Positions 50,613-64,000 of a DNA stretch of 64,000 bases are shown here, in pieces (position 1 is the stretch's first letter; each line of letters begins with the position of its first letter). This DNA is from Daphnia carinata (taxonomy: Eukaryota): positions 10,726,001 to 10,790,000 of the forward strand of contig NC_081333.1 of the NCBI RefSeq assembly GCF_022539665.2. Direction: 5' to 3'. Below the pieces are notes generated by a model. The model saw only the letters and a list, made by a program, of their open reading frames with translations. It was not told where the DNA came from and ran no database searches. Both the position numbers and the translations under genes were made by a program.

Positions 50613-53600
50613 TATGGCGTTGTGTACATTTCGGCAATAAGAGGCAGAAGGAAAATGGTAAGCAGGGGTCTTCTGATTAAAAGACCGCAATGTGGAATCG
50701 GATTTTTTTTTCTGTACTGTATGGCCTACCTGGTATGTTATAACATACTGTAACAGTCGAGTACGTAAAAAACCTGTGTAATACAAAAATACCTTTGTGC
50801 AACATCACCCCGCAGACCTTGGTGAGATATGTAACGGATCGGATCTAATAATAATCTGAGAACTTTCCTTAAAATTGTGAAAAGAAGAAGGAAAAAAAAA
50901 AGGAAACGAATGAAAAAAAGGAGTCCGATATAAACAGTTGACGCAACATTTATTTATATATGTATACGCATGAATAACTGCGTGCCTTCTATATATTCCT
51001 TACGTATTCGTTTAACTCGACTTCTTCTCTTTCCATTCTCATGAATATAAATCATAGAGCAACCAATTCTTCTCCAAAAAGAAGAAACATTTCTTCTTCT
51101 TCGTCTCGATTTCCCATCTACCATAAACACATCCATATATCCGTATCTATAGAGCTCGCATTCATCGTGGTGCCATATTTTTATCAAAAGCCTATCTATA
51201 TATATAACTACGGCCACCTCCCCCGCCACCCCTTTTCTCATTCTTCTGGTTCTGTTTTTTTTTTTTTTTTCCTTTTTTTTCTTTTCATTTTTTTCTTTTC
51301 ATTTTGTACATCAAAGGCCCTCTGCGTCGTCGATGTTTCCCGTGTTCTTGTTCCTCGCCGTATCGCCGGATGGTAAAAGGAGAGAGTCTTGGCCTACAAT
51401 TCTGAATCGTATTATGCGACGCTCGATTTGACAACGACAATCACGCGCACAAATAGGGGAAGTATGTAATGAAAAATTTCAACCATGAAAACTTAAAAAA
51501 ACATAAAGAAGTTGATGATATCAGGACGTTGAACGAAGATGACGCGCATTTTCTGCCCAACATCCGACAAATTTCTACGCTGTGTTTCTCTTTCGTTCAA
51601 TAAACTGCCGTTGCGCTAAATTATTTTAACAGTTCCGTAACCAACGGCGATTCGGAATGGCTAATATTCGCTGGGTTTTTCCACACGAAAAAAAAATAAA
51701 TATGTTATTTCAATCTGTCGTTCGATGGACTTCCTCTTTTCTCGTCGCTTACAGGTCGACACACTGCTGGCCAGGCTATTTTTATTTTATACCACACAGA
51801 TTGCAATTTTCGATTACTTTTCAATCTAGTTCATTTAACGGCGCGGGTGTTATGTTTTCCATGAAGGCATAAAAAAATTCAACAGCGATAGTTTAACGTC
51901 CTTGAATCTCTTTTTTTCTTCTTCTTACTTTCTTTTCAAGCTTTTTTTTTCGTATTATTATTACTTTTCCTTTGCCAGTTCACAATTTTGCTTTCATCCT
52001 TTTCTTTTTCACACAGATTTACCAACAGATGGCGGGCAATTCATTTCCCGTCATCAAAAAAATTTGAAAAAAAAAAAAGGGAAGCTATAGGAGCAACAGG
52101 ACAGCACCATCCACAGCGAAAGAATGAAACAAAACAACGACATACAATGGATTTTGCTGGTTCTTCTGTTTTTCCTTTTTTATTTCATTTTTTTATGAGC
52201 GCTTCTAATAACTCCTTAAGGGTAACGATCAGGTGACGACGTGGAGGAAAACCACCGCCGGAGACGACACAACACATTAGTAGCTTCTTAATCGCGGTCC
52301 CATGATTTTTATGATTCTCCCATTTTTTTTTTTTTTTTTCCCTCAACCTCTGATAAAATCAAAGATTATGCAACAGATGAGCGGTTATTGGTTGGCTGGT
52401 TTGTTGGTCATCGTTGCTTTTTTTTTTTCTTGTTTCTGTGGTGACCGATATCGTTCTATTAAATACCCGTTAATGGGAAGGCCCGATGCGATTTCATTGG
52501 CTGAAAACATGGTGCGATGTTTGACGCTTCTTTGGGCACACGTACGCAACAACGTTCTTCCCACCGTGGACGCCATTGCACCGACGCACAACTTTTGGAT
52601 ACGATGACAAAGCGATTTTTGTTTTTTATTTTTTTTTTTTCCCTAAAGGATATTTTTGTGAATTCACACGGGAATTTTGTAATGTTTTCTTCTAGATAGA
52701 TGGATTTAATTGTTCCCGCGTGACGCATTTCCGATATTGACCGTGCGTATAACAACGGTCAAAAAACCCTCCCTAAGGACGAATTCACTTTGTGGGGTTT
52801 CCAACCAATGCTTCACAACACTAAAAAACGTTTCGTTTTCTTTGAGGTGACACCTGTACTATCCGGACTGCTAATGTGCACGGTCAAGTATCTTCACTTG
52901 CGAATCGAATCCAGACGTGAAAACAAAACTAGTCGCACGAAAATTTTGCGTCACGTGAAAGGGCAAAAACAACAAACACATAAAATTGCAACAAAAAAAA
53001 AATCGATTGGTTTAAAATCCAGACACTAAAAGTTGCGGATCATTCGTAATATTCCGGCAATCAAGGTCATATAAAGGGTGGAAGAAGCGATTTGCCTATG
53101 AGCCTATAGTCTGGACAATATTATCTATACATAGTGTGTGTGTGTGTGTGTGTGTGTATAAAAGCTACAAATGCAAGGCAAGTTTAAACGATGTCGGCAT
53201 TTTGGTTTGTGGTGTTTGCATATTTATCGAAAAGATCTCGAAAAAGAAAAAAATCTTGTGAGAAAACTATTAAATGGCGTATTGGGAAAATCGAGAAAGA
53301 TACACCCGAAAATGGAAAGGGGTGGAGATGTCTGCGATGTTGAAAGCAGTTGGACTTGATAGGTTTTTCTTCTTCAACTTGCACAAGGGGGCGAGGAACG
53401 TGAAATAGTAATAATAATAATAGGCAGAGGGACCGACGCTCGTCGGCTGCGTGTGGGTGTTGCATAGTCGACGATTGGCCATTCAAAGATGCGCTTTTAT
53501 TCGATTTTGACCTTTGACCCGTTTTGTTTGCTTTCTTATCTCATAGACGAGCTCGTTTCCTCGCCCAAATTCTGATTCGGTTCTCCTTTTTTTTTTTTTC

Positions 53601-54656
53601 TTCCACTAAAGTTGGTCGATCGGCGAAGCAGGTGATACGGGACAGACGCACACAACGGCGGCGGTGATGCTTGACATGAGGATGCGACCCAGACTCTCTC
53701 AGCAAATGATCTCCGATTTAATGGTAATAGAAAAACTAAATTCAGTACACGGTTCTTCGCTTAAAACGAACAAAATCGAAATCTATCGCTGTTTTTCAGA
53801 GGCTCTTTTATATGTTACGTTACTATCTTGTGGTCGTCCCCCGGATCCGATGATGGCGACACACCGATCCATACGTCACGACTTTTAAGCTTATAAAGAA
53901 GATAGTCTAGTATCTCTCGTCGCTGCTTTTTGTTTTATTTTGTTAGAACCTTTCCGACTTTTCATTCCACAATCCTCGGGTATAAATAAAAGGAAGTCTG
54001 GCGGACGGTATAAAAATGTCGGACATGTTAGATAGACGCAAACCGAGTACGATATGCGCGGAAGGGGACGACATTCGAATCAAACAGCCAAGCAAAACAA
54101 AAAAGGCAATCGATTGTTATAGAGATCTCAAAGTTTTTTTCTTCGCTCTTTCACCTTGTACGTCTTTCTTTTGTCCTTTTGTCATTGTATGTATAGCTAT
54201 ATTCGGTACGGCTCTCTATGTGTGTATATCCTCGATCTAGAGCTGTCAGTGGATCCTTGTTTTTCTGCGGGGCATTTTTTTTTTCTTGACAAGATTGAAA
54301 TTTAAGAAATCTGTTGAAGTAAAAAGGCAAACAAGAACAACAAAACCAAACCGCCAAGATGAAAAAGTCAAGTCGAAAGATATGCATACGCACTAGCCAA
54401 AAAGAATTGACAGCAGGGGAGCGATATCGGTGCTGCGCGTCAACCATCGCATTGGAAAACATTTCCATCAACAGTATTTCTTTGAGATATATGTAGGCCG
54501 TATAGAAAAATGATCTAATCAAAATCCGGCCAGGTCGTCGCGGGATAGTTGACATTTCACGCTCTAGCGCACCTTGCACCGCAATCTGTTGCTTCGCTAC
54601 ACATACACGGAAGAGGTCCCCAAACAAAATTGCGCAGTGATTTAGAGGCGCTGTGC

Positions 54657-54687
<31 letters not shown>

Positions 54688-57583
54688 CGAACGTTTTTTT
54701 CATACTTTTCACGGCGCGTTAATTCTTAGAGCAAAAGATGGACGAAGGCAGCAGAAAAATAAAAGACCAAGGGGGGCATCAGCCAAGTTCTCAACAGGTT
54801 ATCTGCTTGGAAAAATCAAGAGTTGAGTTGATCTGAGTGGCAGAGAGTCATCACCCGACGAAAACATAACTCGACAGATGCGGTCGACAAGATAAAAAAA
54901 AAGTTTTTTTTGAACAAACAGTATGGAAGGAAAAATGGAATAGCTTTTGGTAAACGAGAGAAAATTGAGTCAAACTTGAATGGTTATTTTCGTTCGAACC
55001 GCTGGCGCAGCGTTTCTATGGCTATGCCTTCCAACTATCCCCCGAGGTCATTCGCTAATAAATAATAAGGATAAAACGTAATTAAATCTAAATGATAACG
55101 ACCTGTGTGAGTCGTGCGGCTTGTTGTAAATAATGAAATTAAAAAGAAAAAGGGAAGCGGCGAAATAGATCAGCTGACGGACGGGGTCCCCCGCAATGCC
55201 CTTTTGTTAGCTAAACAGAATTTTAAGATAGAAAATAAAAAGAAAATAATTCATTTTTTTAAATCGCTTGCCTTCTTTTGTCTTAAAAAAATCCTTTCAT
55301 CTTTTTGTTTTCCTTTTCTCGGATACTTGAAACAAAAAGGGAACGAAAAATTGAAAGAAGCCAACTGAACGGCAGCGGCGGCGCTAGCGGCCGAATATGT
55401 GTTGTCTGCTTTACATGATTGCTTCATCGCGGATTATTTCCAGAGCACCATGTAGAGAGAGAAAAGAGAAAAAGAAACACACACACAGTGAAAATAAAGA
55501 GATAGAAAGATGTTTGCATCTGTAAGGAGAGCTGCTGGCGAATGGTCGGCCGCTCGTCCGTGTACAAGAACCAACAAATACAGAGCGATAGAGAATAAAG
55601 TAGAGAGAGAGAGAGAGAGAGATACTTTCACGTATAAGCAAAACAAAAAGAAAGAAATGTAGAAAGAGCGAAAGAAGAGCGACCCAAATTATATGCATAA
55701 ACTGCTCGGCACACACAGACACACAAGGGCGCAGCTGGGGGAAATGATGATGATGGCGCGCCGTTGCTCCCTTCATAAAGTTCCTCCTTAAGTCTTTTCT
55801 ACCTTCTCAACGGTTAATGGCCACTAGTGATATGGTTCCGCACACACACACAGACACACACAGACACACGCGCTCCACTATCTGCCTCTATCTCTCTAAT
55901 TTACACACCCAACTCGTTGACAGCTCTCTCGCATTATTCAGCCAGTCCAACAAGCAAAACAATGCAATGTCTATAGCAGTTATGCTCTGTAGTATAAAGA
56001 AGATAGAGAGAACCTGCAACACGATGCAAATGTAAGGAACTATTGAAAATGTAAATAACATAAGAACAAGTGGAATGTTATTTTCCTCCGTTTTGTCGTC
56101 GAATGTCTCATTGTTTCCATCGCAACAGCGCAAAAAAAAAAGAGGCAAGAACCCAACAAAAAATTCCATTTAGATAAATCCGTTTTGAAACACATAGCGT
56201 GAATGACAATAGATGGCACTGGTTGAACCATTCCGGAGAGCCTTCAGACCTGAAACGGTAGAGAAAAAAAAAAGAAACGAAAATAATTCTAAAAAAAAAA
56301 AATAAGCCATCGTCTGGTGTACACGGTTCACACCACCAATCACGACCTCCCGCTGTTGGCTTTTAATTGCATTTTCTATACAAGCAGTGTTGTGAGCCTA
56401 TACGTGATGGTACGAATGCGGACGAAACGTTACATACTAACCAGCTGATTACTTTCTAGGTTATCAATTTTCTAATGATACTCGGGAAAAGACCGAACCT
56501 GGAAAAAAAAAGGAATTAGGAAGAAGAAAGAGAAAGAAAACGAGACAAAACAAAAGTGTAACGGCCTTGCAGCGCAACCACTAATGAACTCATCACATCC
56601 CCTTTGCGATGGAACGCATTTCTTTTTCTCAGATTGTGAACGACGATGGATCACCAGACATCACGTACTTTGCCATTCCTAATATATACTTTATGTTCCA
56701 GCCATTACTAACCTTTTCTTCTTGAAAATTAAATGATATTGTCACATAATTCAATAAGATACGCTACTAAACTGTCGATCTTGCAGATAAGGTACACAAT
56801 GACCGCAGAGATTTGAATGCGTGAACGCGCATTTAAATGACGTGAAGCGCGTCACCTTTTTGTTCGATTCCAAAACATTCGTAGGACATAACACGAGACG
56901 TTTGAGATTGCGTATCTGGAATCAGGAAATGAGTTCACGTGTAAAATATGATCCGAAGAACGTGTCGTTGTTCTATTTTGCTCCGGATATAACAAAACAC
57001 GGCACGTCAACCGCCTTCCTTTCAACTATGCGACTCGCGACTCCGTGAATCAGTCCAACTTGTTCTCGTTCGCATTAGTTTTTATTTCTAAATGACCAAC
57101 CCGTATTCCATTATGGATAAGGAATGGGCGCGGCTTTGGTTACAAGATTCGACTATCACAATTTCTTTCAACAAATTGATGTGGTTTTAAGATTTTTTTT
57201 TCAAAAATAGTCAAGATGTTCAGGTAGTAACCGTACGTGTTGTTGAGTCTTTTCGATTTTTTTTGTGCTCAATGTTTTGGCTTTTTTTTTTTTGTCTCGT
57301 TCGATTGGCGATGAAGTCAAGCCAAACTAGGTGCTATATTACGACAGCATAGAGAGGGAGGGGGCACTCGGGGTCCGCCTCACAATGTACACACTACGAA
57401 AAGGAGAGGGGCGAAGGAAAAGATGTTTAGTTTTTCTGTTGCGCCCTCCCTCCCCTTCTTTCCCGAGCGCTTCGTCTACGAGCGTGTGTGTGTGTGTGTG
57501 TGTTAGCTAACACACACTGCTAGCAGAAGGTGAGGGGAAAAGGAAAAAAAAAAAAAAACGCGCACGGCACAAGAGTCACAGAG

Positions 57584-57647
57584 TATAGAGCCATCGTAAG
57601 AGTGAGAGAGCGCCCAGTCGTAGACCGGCCGAACTCGCGGTCGGATC
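57584..57647 (+). promoter_or_regulatory. Candidate TATA-like/Inr/DPE core promoter of gene 2 (TSS about 57616)
   Basis: TATAGAG at -32 (57584), CCAGTC Inr-like motif (A+1=57616), G at +24 (57639) and GGATC (RGWYV) exactly at +28..+32 (57643-57647). No ATG occurs in the next ~210 nt up to a candidate GTGAGT donor at 57826. Confidence 0.45.
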
Positions 57648-60291
57648 ACACACGCACGTCTTCTCATTTTCTTTCACCGATTGAATTAGTTGATTTAACT
57701 TATCAATTGGTTTATCCCTTCTCCCTACTGTTTGACCTCGCTCATCTTTTCAACCTGCCACTCGTTGAGAGAAAAATTGCTGTGGTGGTTTTTGTGGTGA
57801 TTCGGCTGACCGTTTCTCTATTGTCGTGAGTGCGACACTGAAGTGATCGTGACATCATCGTTATTCTTCTGCTTTGAATCCAACAACACGATTTTGATTT
57901 GATGTGCCAAGTGTCCCGCAACCCAACAACAAAAATTATCCCGTGCTGTTTGCAGATTGCTCTAGTGCCTAATCCGTCCGTTGAAATCGCTTAACGCTAG
58001 TGACTTGAACGCCGCAACTTGAGGCCAAAGACAAACCGGAAACGAAGGATCGGAACAATATATACAGTGACACAAAGTGTTGGGTTTTTTTTTTTTTCTG
58101 TGTGTGTGTTTTATTCGAACAAACTATTCGTCTATTCGTGAATGAAAATGGCTGTCTTCGCTGCCCAACATCAATCGGTCGCCTGCGATACACTCAAAGT
58201 CAGTTTACAATCCAATCAATCGATCGAAGTGAGAGCAATAGATTTATTTTGTGTGATCGATACCGAGTTATGTTTAGATGCTAACGTTACGTTCAGTCGG
58301 CCCCAAAAACTATCGAAATGTGGAAATAATAAAATATTAGCGGTCATCCAAACTAGCAGCTCCTCCGCCGAAAATGAAACGAAACCGAAAAAGCATTAAA
58401 AAAAAACCATGGGAGGTCCCGCGTAATGTCCGACTGAGCAAAAAAGGGCCACAAAATCGAAGGTGGAACTCGAGGGGGTTTTTTGATGCGCGATAGCAAG
58501 AGAAACAAAAACAAAACAAAAAAAAAAAAACAGAAACATATAGAATCGGGAGTCCGTCTGTTCTACACGCTATAACCAGTTCAAACTCGGCGCTCTATGG
58601 CTATGATTTTTTTTTTAAACATGTCTTTTTTTTTTTATACTTCAGAGTAAATGAACATTAGACTGCCATTTCATAACCTTCTTGTGTGTGTGATTGCGCC
58701 TAGCCGGAGTAAATGCGGTTCAGAGTCAGTTTCTTATACCTCCTACTACTAGTCGTTTGGGAGAAAAAAAAATAAAGTATTGAGCAAAGCCAGAAAGGAA
58801 TGTCGATTTAGTGGGCCGTTTACACACAGCGTTACAAGCTGTATAGTCGAGTATATAGCTTCTATATGTATTTCTTTTCTTTCTTTTTTTTTTTTTAAAG
58901 CTCGCGCGCGGAGCTTTTTGGAAGAGTTTTCCATCATATCCCCCCGCAGTCATTTGAACGGATCCGTTTTCTTGAATTGATTTGCTTAAACGATCGGAAC
59001 GATTCGAGAAAAGGAGAGAGACCATCTGTGCGGTGGCGCCCAGTTAAAGACTAGAGAGATGGTTACGAGTTAAAAGGCAAAAAAAAAAAAAAAAAATGCA
59101 AGGGGAAGAAGAAGTAGAAGAAGAGACGCTCGTAATAACAAGCACCGTGCGAACGTTTGTATAAACATGCAGCGGACAAGTTCTTCTTCCTTTTATTTTT
59201 TAAGAAAAAAGAAAAAGAAAAGTTATCAAATTCTTGCTTTTTTTTCCAACAAATATCGCCCCCCTCCCAACGCACGGCCAAAGTCTCTTTTCTGCGCCAG
59301 GTGGCGGCCATAACTCACGTCTTCTTCCGAACGAGAAGAAGAAGAGAAAATGCCGAAATAGTGTTGATCATTTAGTGCTAGAGAATAAGAAGAAAGATAC
59401 AAAAAAAGTGAAGAGAAAGATAAACTTGTTGAAATTTTCCTCGTCCTCCCCTTTTTCTTCCTCGTCTGTGCGTATGTTAGTCAGTAATTTGTTTGCCTTT
59501 TTTTTTTGCGGTCATCTCATTTGTTTTTCTTTTCAATCGGACCGGTTGTCAAACAACCGGACAGAATTGTAATTCACGTTCAATGTGTTCTTAGTTGACT
59601 AAAAAACATGTCAAAAATCAAGAGTAGCTGTAGAAACTAAGATAGCAAATGTTTATTGCTGTTTTGTTTCCAGTTTGTTTTGCCCATTAGTCTTTTTTTT
59701 TTTTTTTCTTTTTCCCGTCCATTTGCGCACCGCCACAAACTTCACACGCAATTCAGACCGGTCAGTTGTCAACAGCAACCGGCATGCAAAAGCCAGTTGA
59801 CCGATTTCGAGTTGAGCATAAAAGAAGCTGAAAGGTTATCGAGTTCGGTTACCTGGGAGACAGATGCATTTGTTTGATTATACCACTATATAGTTTATAG
59901 TATAAGGTGTACTAGTTGCACAGGGCTCTTCAATAAAAAAAAAAAAAACAGGTTCTATTTCTGCTTTTCCACGTTCTCTATATGCATATACGTACGCGCA
60001 TTTTTCAACACAAGTGGATTACGTGAACTTTACAAAGGAAGGAGTCAAGGTGAGAGAGAGAGGGGAGACCCACATGATGATGCATCAGCACAGCTTAAAT
60101 AATGTGAAGGATGATTGCTCGCGTCTAGGTTAGCGCACGTTATATAAATTGGGCCACCTCTCTCTCTCTCTCTCTGAATTTGATTCTTTTACATTCGTCT
60201 TTCCTTTCGCTACTTCGTGTATTCCTTCTTTTTTTTTTTTTCGCTTCTTGTTTTCATTCCTCGTCTTTTTGCTTCTGCTGTCTCTCTTTCT

Positions 60292-60323
<32 letters not shown>

Positions 60324-60887
60324 ATCTCCATAAGAAAAAGGTGATCCGCACTGTACCACTGACTTGTTTACGACACGTTGCGCTGACGAGACTTCTGAAG
60401 ACTTTTAAAAGGAAAACAAACAAACTGTCATCTATTTCTCCACGTATACCCGGGTACAGATTAGGTATATACATAGACTCAAAGCTACGTGATCTACATA
60501 AATCGGTGGTGGTAACAGCATATCAGCTCCGGCGGCCAAGCTCATTTTTTTCTTATTTTGGCCCGATTCTTTTCTCTTTGTCGTGAAAAAGAGTTTTTTA
60601 TTTTATTTTTATTTTTTTTGGTCTTGTTTTGCATTCGATCTCTCGTGTCGTCTTTTCGTCTTAGATTTCCAAAGATTGTGAACTCCCAAAAAAAGAGGGG
60701 AGACCTTCCTTCATTCTCTCTCGGATGATCCAGAAAAAGAAAAAAAGGAAATTTTTCCAAAACAAAAAACCGAGAAGAGATGGTGGGAGCTTTTGCTGTT
60801 GGCGCGAGATCGCGTCCTACAGACTATATAACGTCACTGGCCTTGTTCCATTTGCACCAACGGGGCCTAACCTATAAATAACAGACA

Positions 60888-60911
60888 GAAGAAGAAGAAG
60901 AAGAAGAAGAA
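60888..60911 (+). repeat. (GAA)8 microsatellite
   Basis: Direct reading. Confidence 0.85.
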
Positions 60912-63027
60912 TGCTGCTGCCCCCCCCCCCCATTTCTGTCTATCTTACACTGATGGGTTTTTCCCTATGCGCGCGTTCTTCTTCTCGTCGTTTGCTCGCC
61001 ATCTCTTCGTGATGCAATCCATACAGCTTCAAGTGATCTCTCGTGGCGCTAACCGACAATGCGAGAAACCGATCTTGTATTTATGGGACCCGTGGCCCTA
61101 AACGCACTATCAAACGGATGACTCTAACACGATCTGCACTACACGTACCAGCAAACGTGTTGTGTCGCATAGGTGTAAAAGAAAAGGCAAAATAGAAGGG
61201 ACTAAGAACGAGAGTGAAAATGAATTCTTGCTAGTAACACAAACAAGTAGTTGTAGCCTTGTTGCGCTTGGGGTTCGTGATGACGGCAGCAAAGGACGGC
61301 ACGATCTTTTCGATGGGGGAGAACACGGCCATATTTATTATTATTTTTTTTTTTTTTTTAGAATAGATGAACAGAATAGCGTACAAAAACCCATATAGCG
61401 GTCGTCTCGTGTTTTGCCTTTGATCCGTCTTCGCGTGTCCCAACAGCAGCAACGTGCAATCGCCTGTTGTTATCCTACTCCGTGTTTGGTTTTTCTTCTT
61501 TTTTTTTTTTCTTCCATTTTCCTACTATTCATTTTGCTTTTATTCAGAGCATTACAAATCCACACGTCGTGTTCTTTTTTTTTTCGGGATTAAACGTGAG
61601 CGTCCCTCTCGAGCAACCATCCTTTCCGAGGTTACGGCCTATAGAAAAACAAAACAATGTCCTTTTTTTTTGTTATTGGCATTGGTTTCGGATGCGACAC
61701 ACATCCGCCACCTTTTTTTTTTTTTTTTTTCAAAATAGCCTGCCGCACGTGACTGATTTTTCTGTCGTCAACGGCAGTTACGATGCTGTATACACACGTA
61801 AATAGGCGAGCAGATTTACTTGAGTAGACTTAACGGTCGATTTTCGTTTGATATACGATGGTGTTGTGCAGGTTTCTGTACCGTGCAACAACACCATAGC
61901 GACACGGTCCAACTGTCTCAAACAAGAGGCAACTGGTCAGAAAGTGCGTATGTATGTGTAACAACAACAACAAGCGAAACGAACGATTTATTATACCTCC
62001 TCTACTTCCCTGAAAACAAAAAACAGAAAACAAAAAACAAAAACAAAGGGAAAATGGAGTACAAAAAGAAAAGGGGAACAAAATCGTAGAAGTAATACAG
62101 GATGAGGTTTACAATATATCACAAACGATCGATAGGCCTGCGTGAATGTTTAAAAACAAAAAAAAAGGGACGTAAGAGAGAAATTGTTGCACGTCTATTG
62201 CATGCTTAAGTTAATAGCGAATCAGCGCACCTGTATGGTCTATATGGAAAGTGAAATCGAGGCCGGCAGATGGGCAACGTGATGGTTTCACTAGCCGACT
62301 GTCCGCGGTCGTCACCCCACTTGCAGGAAGTTGATGGAAATAAGTCAGAACTTTCTTTTTTTTTTTTTTTTCTTTCTTTTTCTTCAACTGGTTCGTTATG
62401 GATAGATCACCACAATAGCGTGGCAAAAGCATCAGAAAGACAATTTTTGCTTGTCGCATATCATCATCGCGTATAATACACTGGCAAGTTGACTGTAGCC
62501 GACTGCAGTTGCGCTAACTCTTGTCATTCATTCATCACTGGACGCACGGGCAACAACGAGGGCGTCATATATAATTCACGCTTCAAGTCGACGTCGTTAT
62601 TGTTATGGTTATGATGATGGTCGTTATTAGTACGACAACTCGTGCGGGCGGGCTGAAGCTAGGCGGACAGACGGATGGTAGGCGGAGGAGAGAAAGTAGG
62701 GCCATTATTATATATACAGTATATATATAGAGAGAGAGAGAAAGAACCGAGACCGCTTGTTTGCATAAGGATATAACATACACACGTTGATATAAATAAA
62801 TACTCATCGGCTCGCTACACAAAATGTAGATGAACCGAAAGGCGGAGAATGGACGAACCCCAGCGTTCAACTCTCCCCCTTTATTTTTTCTTTTAATGTA
62901 ATGACAGGCGGTGCGGTACTTTATGAGAGAGAGAGAGAGAGAAAAAAAAAAACTTGTTGCGATTGATTTTTTTTTTCTTTTGACTAACGATCTCTTTACC
63001 TTTTTCGTTTTTTTTTTTTCTCTACAG

Positions 63028-63105
63028 ATGAACCAGCTGTGTAAAGTGTGCGGCGAGCCAGCTGCCGGCTTCCACTTTGGCGCCTTCACCTGCGAGGGAT
63101 GCAAG
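63028..63105 (+). CDS. NR0A knirps/eagle-family nuclear receptor, gene 2, first coding exon (partial gene; remainder beyond the window end)
   Basis: Translates [26 protein letters not shown]; the MNQL start matches my recollection of Drosophila Eagle. Branch point-like TGACTAAC at 62981-62988, long T tract, tacAG|ATG acceptor, and donor AAG|GTACAA at 63106. No SFFGR-encoding exon is visible in 63106-64000. Confidence 0.93.
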
Positions 63106-64000
63106 GTACAAAAAAAAACTCAAAATGTTTCACTTCTTTTCTTTCGACGACAATCATCCCAAAAATAAGAAGAGGCAACCCAAAAAAAAAAAAAAAAAAA
63201 AAATAACTTGCTTCAGTTAATCGAAAAAATGCCAGTGAAGAGAAGAAAAGAAAAACGAAACAATTATCCTACGCCATCCCATACTAGCATTTTTTTTTCT
63301 TCTTTTCTCGGCTCACTATGTATTACACTATGTCTGAAAATGCCACGCAAATCTGCATACAGACGGCCGCGCATCTCATATATCTAACCCATAATGGCAG
63401 CCCTAGTTTATTCATATCTCTACTCCTCCTCACCGAAGTAATTTTTTTTTTTTTATTTTTTTTTTTTTCAAAACCTGGAATGCACTCGTTCTCGATTCGA
63501 CTCGATGAGGTCGACGATTTCTCTCTACGTCGTACGTAGACGTTACTCTTTACAAGTGTACCGAGTTCCTTATCCCTTTAGCCTCTCCACCCGCCAATTG
63601 TGAACATTATACCGTTGGGCAGTTTTAGTTCGGGACCTTATTAGGGATGCGCCGACGTAATGGATCCCTCCTGCCTCGCTGGCTGTCCCATTCCCAGTCC
63701 GTTCGCTGACGAGGTGGAGAAGCCATTGCGCTCGAGCCAACAGCTAACTATCCGCACAAAACTGCGCGGCACATTCTTCGACGACTTTCTCCTCGTCGAG
63801 AGATATTGCTGCACACTATATTAAGAACGAAAAAAAGAAAAAAAAAAAGAAGAAGAGCTTTGATGGACTTGGCCGGACTGGACCGGACTAGGCCAATCGT
63901 TCGTAATCACGCCATGAAGCCAAAATGTAAAGAAGAACGAAAAAAAAAAAAAAAAAAAATCCTTTAAAATTACAAACGTTCAACGTTTTAATCTATTCCC

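Noticed and set aside
62583..63104. Minus-strand ORFs [22 protein letters not shown]... here and at 22460..22675 that resemble each other
   Set aside because: They are antisense shadows of the two conserved zinc-finger exons, not a separate gene family.
63864..63895. Short imperfect triple repeat ggacttggcc/ggactggacc/ggactaggcc in the gene 2 intron
   Set aside because: Too short and local to support a function.
1..64000. Hundreds of 60-176 aa ORFs in the six-frame track
   Set aside because: Dominated by poly-F/poly-K and CV/ER/HT runs from homopolymers and microsatellites. No recognisable domains or consistent splice structure.
1..64000. tRNA, rRNA or known miRNA hairpins
   Set aside because: The GTTCGA-containing spots I examined (about 526 and 36851) lack cloverleaf context, and I recognised no mature miRNA sequence by eye. 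tRNAscan-SE and Infernal/Rfam were not run.

Overview
Eukaryotic, AT-rich, homopolymer- and microsatellite-rich arthropod DNA. The composition is Daphnia-like, but that is an inference only. About 98% of the window is non-coding. It holds two same-strand paralogs of the knirps/knirps-related/eagle (NR0A) family, nuclear receptors with a C4 zinc-finger DNA-binding domain and no ligand-binding domain, with start codons 40,573 bp apart. Gene 1 is complete: CDS join(22455..22532,23700..24725), 367 aa, with a knirps box and two CtBP-type motifs (PIDLS, PLDLT). For gene 2 only the 78-bp first coding exon (63028..63105) lies in the window. Each gene has a candidate Inr+DPE core promoter several kb upstream (A+1 at 18921 and 57616). 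The gene 1 candidate is preceded by three CAGGTAA (TAGteam/Zelda-type) motifs and (GA)20, and its putative 3'UTR has two 8-mer GY-boxes (miR-7 seed), a K-box and a Pumilio element. Between the genes lies a dispersed, tandemly arrayed foldback repeat: 325-345 bp units, each an imperfect hairpin centred on a 32-bp palindrome, at about 31.1-32.0 kb and 49.5-50.6 kb, with an inverted degenerate copy at about 29.6-29.8 kb. I found no convincing evidence of a wholly novel protein-coding system, and nearly all other listed ORFs look like low-complexity artefacts.
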